DNA of 64,000 bases, from positions 354,981-418,980 of the forward strand of contig OY970314.1 of the NCBI GenBank assembly GCA_963716475.1, given 5' to 3'. Below are positions 1 through 9,693 of this stretch, in pieces. Every line of letters begins with the position of its first letter. Within the stretch, counting starts at the first letter, position 1. The notes beneath the pieces were generated by a model, which saw only the letters and a list, made by a program, of their open reading frames with translations, did not search any database and was not told the DNA's origin. A program made the translations under genes and the position numbers. The DNA comes from Candidatus Woesebacteria bacterium (GTDB taxonomy: Bacteria > Patescibacteriota > Microgenomatia > UBA8517).

Positions 1-322
1 ATTTACCGCAGATTGGAAAACACCAGATCTTTTTGAAGTTACATGTATAGAAATTATAGATTCTGCCTCATTTCTTAGCTTTCGATAAGTTTCAACAAAG
101 TTTCCCGGGAGGGCTCCTGTGGTTTGAGGTAGTTTTTCGCCGGATCGCATTTTTTGATAAAATATTTCGGATTCTATAGTATCAGGGTACGGTACATAAT
201 CCTTATTTTCAAAGAATTTAATTTCAAGAGGGACTACGGTTACCTCTAATTCTTTAGCCTCAGGGTTATCTTGTCTTATTGAACACCCGGAATCTGTTAC
301 GACGGCAACGTGCGTATCTCTT
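1..322 (-). CDS. DegV family fatty-acid-binding protein, N-terminal part; gene continues beyond the window
   Basis: Manual minus-strand translation gives VKERDTHVAVVTDSGCSIRQD...IHVTSKRSGVFQSAVN. This carries the DegV DSxxD/SxxSGT-like motifs. GTG start at 322 with an in-frame stop upstream. Confidence 0.55.
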
Positions 323-361
323 TCTTTCACAAATTATTATACAATTCCGAAGCAAACCCTG

Positions 362-435
362 TGGACGCTGGAGGGCTCGAACCCCCGACCTCATTCACGT
401 CAAGAATGCGCTCTAACCAACTGAGCTAAGCGTCC
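362..435 (-). tRNA. tRNA-Val(GAC)
   Basis: Reverse complement GGACGCTTAGCTCAGTTGGTTAGAGCGCATTCTTGACGTGAATGAGGTCGGGGGTTCGAGCCCTCCAGCGTCCA folds as a cloverleaf. Anticodon loop is TTGACGT. CCA is not encoded. Confidence 0.8.
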
Positions 436-514
436 AAACACATCCGCTTCGTTCAAAGTAACCTAAGCGTCTGAATGATGAAATTATACATTACAAGAGT
501 CTTTTGTTCTAATC

Positions 515-739
515 CTACGGGTTTTGAAGGTCTTTACAAAGATTTGTTTCCTGACAAAAAGCCGTGGTATTTCCACCCGCGTCTGTTTGCACTTTAACTT
601 TAATGGGACGCTCAAGCGAAGACTCCAATGTCGGACAATCAAAATCCAACATCAAAAAATGGCACGTACGAGGGTATTTTTTGATATCAACTTCTTCTCT
701 ATTAAAATTAACACAATTCGTTACAACAAGTCTTTCCAT
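515..739 (-). CDS. hypothetical small Cys-containing protein
   Basis: ORF lies immediately downstream (same strand) of the 745..1371 ORF. CHF...DFDCP...C residues suggest possible metal binding. No recognisable family. Confidence 0.25.
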   Translation of the reverse strand: MERLVVTNCVNFNREEVDIKKYPRTCHFLMLDFDCPTLESSLERPIKVKVQTDAGGNTTAFCQETNLCKDLQNP

Positions 740-744
740 AATGT

Positions 745-1371
745 TTATCCGGCAGATCTTTGCAGATAGTGATCAGGAGAAAGTAGAAATGAACTGCCCT
801 TTTTCTTGTACATACTCCAATAGTTTTTCTTTTCGGCACGTGTATTGCAGCTTTGAAGCCAAGTCGCTGTCATGTCTATTCTCTTTCTAAAGGATTGTAA
901 AAATTCGAGAATGCTCTGGAAAAAAGAGATATGGTAAACTCCGGGTTCGATAGGTGCTGTCATCATTGTCACCTGTGTAACTTCAGCAAGATTCTCTGTG
1001 CTTACCGCAACCTTTTGGACTTCTTGCATAATAATCTGAAGTTCGACTCTAAGTTCGTTGGTTTTTTCCTGAGAAACACGCCGTTCATCATTATTCATCT
1101 GCCGTTCCAGTGAAATTTGAGCTCTAAGGTGTTTATTCTCCTCAGACTTTCCCGTCATTACTTCGCTCATTTGAAGAGATTCGCCGGCGGCTATTTCACC
1201 ACTTATTTTTCCCTTTGGCACTGAAAAGCCCATCAATTCCTTAAAGAAGTCTTCAGAGGTATTTTTAAGAAAATCGCCGGTCTGAGAACCTGCTCCTATT
1301 CCCAAATCCTTGAGCGATTCAAGCACATTCCTGGTACGAAGCTGTTGCGTTTTCTTCTTTTGATCTGTCAT
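745..1371 (-). CDS. hypothetical coiled-coil protein
   Basis: 208-aa ORF with a charged, heptad-like central region. No family recognised. Confidence 0.4.
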   Translation of the reverse strand: MTDQKKKTQQLRTRNVLESLKDLGIGAGSQTGDFLKNTSEDFFKELMGFSVPKGKISGEIAAGESLQMSEVMTGKSEENKHLRAQISLERQMNNDERRVSQEKTNELRVELQIIMQEVQKVAVSTENLAEVTQVTMMTAPIEPGVYHISFFQSILEFLQSFRKRIDMTATWLQSCNTRAEKKNYWSMYKKKGSSFLLSPDHYLQRSAG

Positions 1372-1446
1372 TTCGCCAAAAGTTTATAGCAGCAACACTA
1401 AAATTGCAAGTTTTTAGCATGTTAATATTTTAGTTGATGCCGAGGT

Positions 1447-2328
1447 TCACGCCAAGTTAATCAAAAAGTCCAGAGCAGCACGCCTTTTAAGAATTGATTC
1501 TATCAGTCGTTTGCGGCTTTCAATATCTTCCTGGTTGTCCTTATTGTTTAAGTTTGTTGTTTGGGACATTTTCAGAGCCTCATCAATTTCTTTTTGATCA
1601 ATGCTAATAGCCTCAGTTTGAGCGATTTTGGTTAAAACAAGGTCGAGAGTAATAGCGTCTTTTGCCTGATTGGCATAATCTGCCCTGAGGTCTTCTGCTT
1701 TCTTTCCGATCGAAGATAAGTAGCTCTCCAATGCCAATCCTAATTTCTCAAGTCTAGCCAGTAAATTTGAAAGACGGCTGTCCGCCTCTTCCTCAACTAA
1801 AATTCTGGGAATAACGACTTTAACACTATCAAGAAGTGCTTTAATGACAACCTGCTCTTTCTCCTCGCGTGTGGGCACTCTCCTTTCCTCAGGCTTACCT
1901 TTATCTGGCGTCCATAGTGTTGAAGCCCGTGATGCCCCTTCAATTGCCTCCTTGTAGTCGCCCAAGGATACTTCCGGAAGCTCACAAGTAATACCTCTTA
2001 TTTGCCAATTTTCACCCTCTTTGGCATTAATCAATTCAAATTTAGGATAAACTGCAATTTTCAGTTTATTTTCGTTAACAGATTCTGCCAGCGCTTTAGG
2101 GAGAATATGACTCAAAGAGTGCTCAATAAGCTTAGATTGGGGAATTTTTTCTGCAACTTTATCGACAGGAGCCATGCCCTTCCTGAATCCCGGAATTTCG
2201 GTATCCTTTGCAAATTCCTGAATAGTTTCCTCTTCAGCACCTTTTATGATAGAGAAAGGAATTGTAAAAGTTATTTGAATATTACCGTCGCTCTCACGGG
2301 CAATAACTGAGGTTATTTTGTCAGACAT
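1447..2328 (-). CDS. tig: trigger factor, short form (N-terminal ribosome-binding and C-terminal chaperone arms, no obvious PPIase domain)
   Basis: N-terminal MSDKITSV...EIPGFRKGMAPVDKV signature (GFRxGxxP motif of Tig). 293 aa. Confidence 0.65.
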   Translation of the reverse strand: MSDKITSVIARESDGNIQITFTIPFSIIKGAEEETIQEFAKDTEIPGFRKGMAPVDKVAEKIPQSKLIEHSLSHILPKALAESVNENKLKIAVYPKFELINAKEGENWQIRGITCELPEVSLGDYKEAIEGASRASTLWTPDKGKPEERRVPTREEKEQVVIKALLDSVKVVIPRILVEEEADSRLSNLLARLEKLGLALESYLSSIGKKAEDLRADYANQAKDAITLDLVLTKIAQTEAISIDQKEIDEALKMSQTTNLNNKDNQEDIESRKRLIESILKRRAALDFLINLA

Positions 2329-2343
2329 GGGGATAATTATATA

Positions 2344-2526
2344 CTATTTTCCTCCGCTTGGTCCGCCCTTGTGCTGCGTGTGGAAAGTAGCCTGATTGAA
2401 TTTACCCCTTTGGGCTCCTTTGGGCACAAAACCTTTGTTAGATGAAAAAATGGACGGCTTCCCACCGCCAAAATTTAAAGTAGGGATCCTGGGTATTTCA
2501 GTTGATTTTTTAGTGTTATTTGCCAT
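2344..2526 (-). CDS. small basic Gly-rich protein (KGG-like), probably leaderless
   Basis: Internal Met (MANNTKK...) lies 12 nt downstream of TTGAAA-N15-TATAAT on the minus strand. There is no Shine-Dalgarno. The longer table ORF start (2565) would lie inside the promoter. Confidence 0.4.
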   Translation of the reverse strand: MANNTKKSTEIPRIPTLNFGGGKPSIFSSNKGFVPKGAQRGKFNQATFHTQHKGGPSGGK

Positions 2527-2639
2527 TTGACTAAGAATATTATATACTATCGCCAGAGTTTTCAAGGGATAGTGAGCTTCAATTTTGAGCTTCGCCTTTG
2601 TTCAGACTTCATATGAGAGGAGGTGAATTTTTAATTTAA

Positions 2640-2900
2640 ATGCAATCTAAACTTTTTGTAGGAAATTTGTCGTGGGAAGTCACGGCAGAAGACCTTAAGG
2701 CCCTTTTTGCAGGTGCTGGAACAGTCGTTGACGCCGCCGTTATAAGCGACAAAATGACCGGAAGAAGCCGTGGATTTGGTTTTGTAACCATGTCAAGCGA
2801 CGAAGAGGCCAAGAAATCTATTGAGATGTTTAATCAGGCAGACCTTAAAGGCCGCAAGATTAATGTCAATATAGCAAGACCCATGGAACCAAGACAGTAA
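2640..2900 (+). CDS. RRM-type RNA-binding protein
   Basis: RNP-2 LFVGNL and RNP-1 RGFGFVTM motifs. GGAGGTG Shine-Dalgarno 8 nt upstream. Confidence 0.85.
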   Translation: MQSKLFVGNLSWEVTAEDLKALFAGAGTVVDAAVISDKMTGRSRGFGFVTMSSDEEAKKSIEMFNQADLKGRKINVNIARPMEPRQ

Positions 2901-3006
2901 TAATATTGTCGAAAGTTTCGAAAGATAGTGGTGTGGTATTCGATAAAGGGGTGCCACGCGGATAAAAAAGCTTTATTAATAGCGGATTTTGAAAGAGTAG
3001 CTATCT

Positions 3007-3519
3007 TTATTTAAGGGAGTTTTGTTCCTGGTTATTATTCAGTAGCCTTTTTATTCTTCGTGATTCGCAATTCAGTTGTCTTTTTAAATCTATTTTTTCA
3101 ATGGAAGTGCCACAGTATACGACAACCATAATTCCTTTTGCTTTTGTATAATTGGGGTCAGGTAATATCCCTTTTTTTGGATCACCATTCATAAACAGCG
3201 AAACGTCTTTGCCTGAACTCTTTATTTGAACCGGCAGTTCCGGTAATCCGAATTCCGGTTGAAAAAGAATCCATTTATCTATGCCGTCGTAGACATCTTC
3301 GTCCGGAGTAGAATCTCTAACATTTTTAACAATTCTTAAATGCTTTGCATAATCTGTAAATCTGATTTCAGAGTTATCTCCAACCCTCTGAATAGCTTTA
3401 TGTAGGGCAATTTCACCCGCCCGAATGACATCATCACCTTTTGCTTTACCATCAGTTTCATGTATAAGGTTGAACATGGCATTAAGCTTTTCTTGCGCGA
3501 ACACACCTCTTTCTTTCAT
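3007..3519 (-). CDS. hypothetical protein
   Basis: 170-aa ORF with no recognisable motif. In an operon-like arrangement with the downstream hydrolase. Confidence 0.45.
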   Translation of the reverse strand: MKERGVFAQEKLNAMFNLIHETDGKAKGDDVIRAGEIALHKAIQRVGDNSEIRFTDYAKHLRIVKNVRDSTPDEDVYDGIDKWILFQPEFGLPELPVQIKSSGKDVSLFMNGDPKKGILPDPNYTKAKGIMVVVYCGTSIEKIDLKRQLNCESRRIKRLLNNNQEQNSLK

Positions 3520-3534
3520 TAAAGTTATCGGATT

Positions 3535-4539
3535 CTACCTTAATTTAGATTTGAAGAAAAGAAGAGAGTTTTCAACTGCCTGGTTCCAGGACGGAACAAG
3601 ATTATGATTAGCTCCGGGGTATTTAATGTATGAAATATCGATTTTATCCGTTTTTAGAGTTTTGAAGAGATCATCACTCCACCAGTAAGGGACAGATGTG
3701 TCGGCTGTGCCTTGGTTAAGCTGAATTGAAGCCTTAATTTTGTCAAAATAGCCCGTAGGTGAAAATATTGAAGCATCATATGTGTCATTAAATTCTGCAA
3801 GTTTCCCAACTATAAGTTTTCCGCCGTCATCAGCCTCATCCAAGTATGCAAGTATTGAAAAAGGAAATGGTTTACTTACCGGAGCCCAAAGGACAGTGGG
3901 GTAGTTAACTCCAGATATTTCGAGTGTTGTTATGGCAATCTGGCCGCCGTTACTGTGTCCCCATATAAATATGTTCTTTCCGTCCCACTCTTTTATGGAA
4001 GTAACAGATTTTAGTGTGATAGCCGCTGTTACGGAGGTTTGAAAACGTGATTCAAAGATGTCCCCCGCCTCCGTATCGCTATCCCCGTATCCCAAAAAGT
4101 CCGGTGCAACGGTAATAAATCCGTTCTGTGCAAAAACTGCTGCAGAAGGAGCAGTCCCCTCCCCGATTACATATTGCTTTTGATCGACATAGCCACGATA
4201 CATCACTATTACAGGAAATAGTCCCGTACCTTTTGGAATATTTATCATTCCTGAAGTTGTTTTTAGATTTTCTGAAAAATCAGGACTAAATTTCATTGTA
4301 TATTCAAAAGAAGTGTATTTAGGATCATCTTTCAGAATTTTGCCAATTTCTATAATTGACGATTTAAATGCAGACGTAGAGAGATTTTCGATAGTGTATT
4401 TAAGAAGCGGTGTTGGCTTAATTTGGGAAATTGGATTTGAATTTTTGGGGAGGTGATAGGCTGTATTGGCAAACCAGCCGATAAAAATGAAAATGACAGC
4501 AATTAAAAAATAGTAAAAAAAAATCTTAAAGTTGGACAT
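3535..4539 (-). CDS. secreted alpha/beta-hydrolase (esterase/lipase/peptidase S9-like)
   Basis: N-terminal TM/signal segment. Nucleophile elbow GHSNGG. Asp/His candidates downstream. Confidence 0.6.
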   Translation of the reverse strand: MSNFKIFFYYFLIAVIFIFIGWFANTAYHLPKNSNPISQIKPTPLLKYTIENLSTSAFKSSIIEIGKILKDDPKYTSFEYTMKFSPDFSENLKTTSGMINIPKGTGLFPVIVMYRGYVDQKQYVIGEGTAPSAAVFAQNGFITVAPDFLGYGDSDTEAGDIFESRFQTSVTAAITLKSVTSIKEWDGKNIFIWGHSNGGQIAITTLEISGVNYPTVLWAPVSKPFPFSILAYLDEADDGGKLIVGKLAEFNDTYDASIFSPTGYFDKIKASIQLNQGTADTSVPYWWSDDLFKTLKTDKIDISYIKYPGANHNLVPSWNQAVENSLLFFKSKLR

Positions 4540-4870
4540 CTATTTTTTTGCGATAAAATATTTTTCTGGCAGTCGGGCTTTGAGTAGTAAGACCTTGAAT
4601 AATTCCACCCATAAGAGCTCCTCGTGTAATCCAGGAGTCGAGGATTCCTCCCGTAACAAAAATTGAAATGCAAAGCAAGATCGATAAATTAAACCAGTGG
4701 TGAAAATGTATTACTCTGCCTTTTATAAAAATCCTAAGACTCGGGAAGATCTGGAACCACCTCACTCTTATTTGTGGTAAGTTTTTCCACACCCTTGAAT
4801 TGGGGTGACTAAAAATATTCCACATCTTGTAACTAATAGGAGTCACGATTGCGATATATAAGAATGGCAT
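4526..4870 (-). CDS. hypothetical membrane protein
   Basis: Hydrophobic stretch HFHHWFNLSILLCISIFVTGGIL. Overlaps the hydrolase start by 14 nt. Weak. Confidence 0.25.
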   Translation of the reverse strand: MPFLYIAIVTPISYKMWNIFSHPNSRVWKNLPQIRVRWFQIFPSLRIFIKGRVIHFHHWFNLSILLCISIFVTGGILDSWITRGALMGGIIQGLTTQSPTARKIFYRKKIDVQL

Positions 4871-4943
4871 GTATTAACTTTAGCACAAAATAGTAATTTA
4901 AATTTGACACGTCGGTCAGTAGATGATATTTTTCAGATAAGTT

Positions 4944-5141
4944 ATGAATGAAGAGCGCAACAAGTTCGGAGGATGGGAGCCGACAGGAAAACCTGGAGAA
5001 TATAGAGCCAGTATGATTACGGGTCCGGCTACCCCTGATTTTGAAAATTTTGCGGAACAATCAAGAGCCAGGTGGGATGTTGGTGAATGGGTAAAGGTGA
5101 AATTAAAACAACTTTTAGATAAAAGGACTCCAGCAAAGTAA
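4944..5141 (+). CDS. hypothetical small protein
   Basis: 65-aa ORF in the intergenic space upstream of dinB. No family. Confidence 0.3.
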   Translation: MNEERNKFGGWEPTGKPGEYRASMITGPATPDFENFAEQSRARWDVGEWVKVKLKQLLDKRTPAK

Positions 5142-5180
5142 GTACTTGACTTCGTATTTTATTCGGGTGTACAAGTAAGT

Positions 5181-5414
5181 ATGACAGAGGTAATCGATGA
5201 AAAAGTGGAAGTCGGAATGAGTGACTCTCCAAAGTGGGTTAAATGGAAAAACCGTATCCATCAAATCGACAAAGTGGGGCTTCATTACACCTTTCGGGAA
5301 GGTAGGATTCTCTACCACGTATTCTCTGTTTCAACAAAAACCTTGGCAATGAAACTTCAATTTGATACAGAGACTTTAGGATGGCGTCTTATGGAGGTTG
5401 CCGATGGAATTTAA
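5181..5414 (+). CDS. hypothetical small protein preceding the Y-family polymerase
   Basis: 77-aa ORF overlapping the dinB start by 17 nt. Possibly co-transcribed. Confidence 0.3.
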   Translation: MTEVIDEKVEVGMSDSPKWVKWKNRIHQIDKVGLHYTFREGRILYHVFSVSTKTLAMKLQFDTETLGWRLMEVADGI

Positions 5415-6651
5415 TTCGAGTCCCTCCTATATCATGCATATTGATCTTAATTCCTGCTTTGCGACTATCGAGCAGCAGGCTAACCCCTTCTTGCGTGGAA
5501 AACCCGTCGCCGTTGCGGCTTTTACTTCCCCCGGGGGCTGCATTCTGGCGGCATCGGTCGAGGCCAAAAAGTTGGGAATAAAAACGGGAATGAGAGTCAG
5601 AGACGGACGTGCAATTTTCCCAAAACTTGTAGTTCTTCCATCCGATCCCTGGAAATACCGTAACGTTCACCTGAAACTCCGGAGGTTAATTTCCGATTAC
5701 ACAAACGATTTTGTACCCAAGAGTATCGACGAGTTTGTTTTGAATGTGGAAGGCTACCCGAAGTTAAAATCGGAAAGTATAAGTCAGGCGGCAGGCGAAA
5801 TTAAGCAAAGGATAAAAAGCGAGATTGGTGAATGGCTCACCGTATCTATCGGAATTGCCACCAATAGATACTTGGCAAAAATTGCAGCCGGACTTCATAA
5901 ACCCGACGGGCTCGATGAAATAAATAAGGGTAATTTCCTGGATATATACTCCAAGCTGAAACTGACCGACCTAACCGGTATAAAAGTGCGGAATGCCGCC
6001 AGACTCAACGGAATGGGAATCTATTCGGTTCTCGATTTTTACCGGGCGCCGATTTGGAGGCTAAGGGCCGCTTTCCATTCAATTACCGGTCTTTATTGGC
6101 ACACACGCCTCTCAGGATACGAGGTTGATAATATTGAATTCGGTAGAAGAAGCTACGGCAATTCGGTAGCCTTAGGTAAAAGTCTAAGTAAAATTGAGGA
6201 GCTTTCACCCATACTTGCCAGACTCACGGAGAAGATGTGTAGCAGGCTGAGAGGGGCGGGATACAAGGCAAGCGGTATTCACTTGATGCTGACCTTTAAA
6301 AACGGCTCCTGGTGGCACAGGGGCAGGCTTCTTGCCCAGCCTTACTTTGACTCAAGGGACTTTTATAAGGCCGCTTTCAGACTTCTTATCGAGGCTGATC
6401 CGGATTCTCCTGTTCTTAATATTGCGGTTTCCTGTTTTGGCCTGACAAGAGCAAACTCTCTTCAGCTTAATTTTTTTGAGAATATCGGGGAAAAACAGAA
6501 TCTTACCCTGGCTGTTGACGATATAAATGGGAGATGGGGAGGATTCACGGTGGGAAGCGCCAGAAGCTTCGGCGGGGCCAAAATGGTAATGGACAGAATT
6601 GCGTTCGGAGGAATCAAGGAGTTGGAAGAATTCAGCCTAAATACCGGATAG
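5398..6651 (+). CDS. dinB: Y-family DNA polymerase (DinB / Pol IV-like translesion polymerase)
   Basis: IMHIDLNSCFATIEQQ (catalytic Asp motif) and SIDEFVLNV (SIDE motif) match the Y-family palm. Confidence 0.8.
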   Translation: MPMEFNSSPSYIMHIDLNSCFATIEQQANPFLRGKPVAVAAFTSPGGCILAASVEAKKLGIKTGMRVRDGRAIFPKLVVLPSDPWKYRNVHLKLRRLISDYTNDFVPKSIDEFVLNVEGYPKLKSESISQAAGEIKQRIKSEIGEWLTVSIGIATNRYLAKIAAGLHKPDGLDEINKGNFLDIYSKLKLTDLTGIKVRNAARLNGMGIYSVLDFYRAPIWRLRAAFHSITGLYWHTRLSGYEVDNIEFGRRSYGNSVALGKSLSKIEELSPILARLTEKMCSRLRGAGYKASGIHLMLTFKNGSWWHRGRLLAQPYFDSRDFYKAAFRLLIEADPDSPVLNIAVSCFGLTRANSLQLNFFENIGEKQNLTLAVDDINGRWGGFTVGSARSFGGAKMVMDRIAFGGIKELEEFSLNTG

Positions 6652-7143
6652 ATCTACATTGTCACCCGCTTTTATTTTATTTTGATCGGAAAAACCGGCG
6701 TTCACTTCAAGTACATAGTCTATGGGGCCGCCGGCAGAATACGTTTTTAAACTGTTGTCGGAAGTCCCCGGGGTAGGAAAAGGAATATTTTTATCAATGC
6801 GCACAATTTTGCCGTTCCCGATCCAAATCATATCCAATGGAATAAGCATATCTTTCATCCAAAAAAGAGGGCTCACTCCTTTTGTGTCAAAGATAAAAAG
6901 CATACCGCTGTCGGCTTTGAGAGAGGATACGCCTGAAAGACCCTGAGCTCTTTTTGCTTCCGTGTCGGCAATCTGTACACTAATTTTTTTTGTGCCAATA
7001 GTTATAGTCTTTTCGGAAGACGCCGTTGGTTGCGGCATGGATAAACCAGAGAACCCCAGAGGGAATGATTTTTGCGTGAATACGCCGACAACTACAAGGA
7101 AGGCGATAACTCCCAATATCGGAAGAACAACCTTTTTAAACAT
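6637..7143 (-). CDS. DUF192 family protein (COG1430), secreted/membrane-anchored
   Basis: N-terminal TM segment. DUF192 pattern ADTxxKRxxGL...GMLFIFD...FWMKDMLIPLDMIWI. Confidence 0.65.
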   Translation of the reverse strand: MFKKVVLPILGVIAFLVVVGVFTQKSFPLGFSGLSMPQPTASSEKTITIGTKKISVQIADTEAKRAQGLSGVSSLKADSGMLFIFDTKGVSPLFWMKDMLIPLDMIWIGNGKIVRIDKNIPFPTPGTSDNSLKTYSAGGPIDYVLEVNAGFSDQNKIKAGDNVDLSGI

Positions 7144-7258
7144 ACCTAAGGAATATTGCCAAGACTGCGAAGAATACCAAAATAGGAATTATCATAAACA
7201 GAACATTGTCGAGGGTAGACCTTGTCATTTTATGAATATGGATAATCTTGGCCTCCAT
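7136..7258 (-). CDS. possible 40-aa single-TM micro-protein
   Basis: Manual translation gives MEAKIIHIHKMTRSTLDNVLFMIIPILVFFAVLAIFLRYV. Its stop overlaps the ATG of the DUF192 gene (ATGTTTAA). Too short for the ORF table. Confidence 0.2.
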   Translation of the reverse strand: MEAKIIHIHKMTRSTLDNVLFMIIPILVFFAVLAIFLRYV

Positions 7259-7356
7259 ATATTTATATTATCACAAAAACGTTTTCCGTGAAAAATATCA
7301 AACTAAAACTTTACTTATCACTTCTATGCCTATAGAATGATAATGGCTTCTAATTT

Positions 7357-8865
7357 ATGAAAATTAAGTTAATAAATTTAGTGCCAGTATTAGCTTTGGT
7401 TGCAATACTTCCGGTGTTAGTTTTAGCCTCTCTACGTAAGCAAATATTTAACCCCAGAGCTGATCAAGGGGTCCCTTGGGGAACAGCTACAGCAAGTTCA
7501 CAATTAGCAAACTGGGAACCATATAAAGCAATAAACGGAAACGAAGGTGATGCTTATTCAAGCCAAGCCACTTCACGACCTGATAGTGTTCAGTGGTGGC
7601 AAGTCGCGATTGCCAGTCCGGTGACAATTCATAAAATTCGGATAAAGCCAAGAGTTTCCGACTCAAAAGTGTATGCCTTTCCTGTAAATTTTCAACTTCA
7701 GTACAGCACAGATAAGGGTAAAAATTTTGTCGCTATTCCGGGCCAATCATTTACTAATTATCCTGTGACAAGCGAATGGCAAGACTTTTTCTTTAATCCC
7801 ATTCCCAACGTAACAAATGTACGTATTTATGCGACTCGTCTAAACCCGGACAATTATGGGAATTATTACCTACAATTTGCTGAGGTTTTCTTGCAGGGGC
7901 CAGGTGCAAATCAATTTTCTGAATCCGTGAAGGTACTTGATAGGCCGGATGCTTGGGATTATGCACCAAGCGTACTTACATTTAACAATGATCCCATGAA
8001 AGCTCATATACTTTGGTGTACAACATCTAATACAAATAACAGGGAAAGTGACTCTATATATTATTCGGTCTTTGACATGAAAACTAAAAAACTTGTAAAA
8101 GACCCTGTCCGTGTACTAATCCCCAGTGCGCCTCCGGCGTGGGACAGTTATCATAACTGTGACCCGTCTGTTATCGGAGGACAATTTTCTTATAAGAGTT
8201 CTGTTTACAATTACGCAATGTATTATACCGGAACGGACGATATCGGTTCCAAGGCAAGAATAGGGGTGGCTTTTTCTAATGATTTAGTCAATTGGATAAA
8301 GTATCCAAACCCTGTTATTTCCCCCGATAGTTTAAGTACTTCCAGCTACGGTGCCGGTCAAACTTCTGTACATAGCGAAAATGGTAAATCCACTCTTACG
8401 GTTTTTTATAATGACATTACGAACGGGGTCAAAAAGATATATTACAGAACAACGACCGATGGCGTCACATTTTCAGATAGGACAGAAATCAGCACTAAAG
8501 GAATTCCCAACCTCTTAATGATCGATGCGAATAGTTTTGCTTACGATTATATAGATAATGTTTGGTATATGGTTGGCGGATTAAACAATCAATCTAAGCC
8601 GTGTCCAAAAAATCCCAAAGTCTTCGATCACATGGAAATTAATGTGTATACAAATGATAATCTCAAAAACGGAACATGGAAATTGAAAGGCACGCTTACG
8701 AATCCGGAGAGTAGCAATATGGATCATAATCCTTCATTTGTTACCGATGTATATGGAAATTTATCACCTTTTAAAACACAATTACCTATATTTTTCGGGC
8801 GTGGAGGATGCGGACTAGAAGATATTAAAACCTGGTCTCTCTGGATGGCCTCCGGATCTTTCTGA
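7357..8865 (+). CDS. secreted protein: N-terminal F5/8 type C (discoidin) domain + GH43/GH32-like five-bladed beta-propeller glycosidase-like domain
   Basis: Signal peptide. Discoidin-like WWQVAIASPVTIHKIRIKPR...FQLQYSTDKG. Propeller-like DPSVIGG...YAMYYTG and WxMVGG blades. Confidence 0.45.
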   Translation: MKIKLINLVPVLALVAILPVLVLASLRKQIFNPRADQGVPWGTATASSQLANWEPYKAINGNEGDAYSSQATSRPDSVQWWQVAIASPVTIHKIRIKPRVSDSKVYAFPVNFQLQYSTDKGKNFVAIPGQSFTNYPVTSEWQDFFFNPIPNVTNVRIYATRLNPDNYGNYYLQFAEVFLQGPGANQFSESVKVLDRPDAWDYAPSVLTFNNDPMKAHILWCTTSNTNNRESDSIYYSVFDMKTKKLVKDPVRVLIPSAPPAWDSYHNCDPSVIGGQFSYKSSVYNYAMYYTGTDDIGSKARIGVAFSNDLVNWIKYPNPVISPDSLSTSSYGAGQTSVHSENGKSTLTVFYNDITNGVKKIYYRTTTDGVTFSDRTEISTKGIPNLLMIDANSFAYDYIDNVWYMVGGLNNQSKPCPKNPKVFDHMEINVYTNDNLKNGTWKLKGTLTNPESSNMDHNPSFVTDVYGNLSPFKTQLPIFFGRGGCGLEDIKTWSLWMASGSF

Positions 8866-8873
8866 GGGACCTG

Positions 8874-8957
8874 TGCCGGGGACAGGAATCGAACCTGCAC
8901 GCCTTTAAGGGGCACTAGGTCCTAAACCTAGCGTGTATACCGTTTCACCACCCCGGC
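8874..8957 (-). tRNA. tRNA-Leu(TAG)
   Basis: Reverse complement GCCGGGGTGGTGAAACGG...CTAGGTTTAGGACCTAG... with a long variable arm. Anticodon loop TTTAGGA. Confidence 0.8.
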
Positions 8958-8962
8958 CTAGG

Positions 8963-9487
8963 TTAGATTATATCAAAGTTTAGAGGTAGTGAATCGATTT
9001 TTCTGACAAAAAATTTAACCCCGCTTCCCCAGGTAGTAGAGGGCGGAGCATACCTTTTAGCAATTTTTGCAATCGTGGGTGCACCTTTATCGATATAAGA
9101 ATATTTTATCGTTTTAGAAACATGAGAAATTGAATCCTCCCAGGAGGTAAAACTGTAATTTCCGTTAGCCCAACCATATGCGTTGTAGGAATTAGCGGGA
9201 ATATTCTTGCCGAAAGTTGATTCCACGCCGGAAATTGATGGTACTAGTCTGTAATCAAGACCGTTTTCATCTGCATAGACTACAAAATCTTCCGCATATT
9301 CGGAAAGGGGGGAGTTGTATTTTTCCAGGAAAATCCTGAGATTTTCCACACGGTAATCAAATCCGAAATCTTCTCCCTCGCTCTTTAAAGAGGCAGAATG
9401 ATCGGATAAGGTTTGAGCATTAACTCTAACTGTGCCTGTAAAGACTAAGATGGCTGTTATTAAGATATAAAGTATTAGTTTATTCAT
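8963..9487 (-). CDS. secreted GH73-like glucosaminidase (peptidoglycan hydrolase), paralog 1
   Basis: Start taken at MNKLILYI (signal peptide). ISGVESTFGK...NAYGW...SWEDSISHVSKTIK...KRYAP resembles the mannosyl-glycoprotein endo-beta-N-acetylglucosaminidase domain. Confidence 0.5.
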   Translation of the reverse strand: MNKLILYILITAILVFTGTVRVNAQTLSDHSASLKSEGEDFGFDYRVENLRIFLEKYNSPLSEYAEDFVVYADENGLDYRLVPSISGVESTFGKNIPANSYNAYGWANGNYSFTSWEDSISHVSKTIKYSYIDKGAPTIAKIAKRYAPPSTTWGSGVKFFVRKIDSLPLNFDII

Positions 9488-9693
9488 AACCGTTTGTAAA
9501 AAGAAGGCCCGTCTATAAATAGACGGGCCAAATATGTATTCCAACGCCGAAGTCATGTTTCCATGCTTAAGCCTCAGAATGTGCGCGTACTATAGCATAG
9601 AATTATAAGATAGTCAAGTATTATGGGCTTGAAAGTTGACTACTTTAGTAGTTCTGGCTTTAGGATATAAAACAATGAAGGATAAAAGAGGTA

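Noticed and set aside
2906-2922. Palindrome TCGAAAGTTTCGA after the RRM gene as a possible terminator
   Set aside because: The loop is too short (1-3 nt) and it is not followed by a U-tract. At most a weak hairpin.
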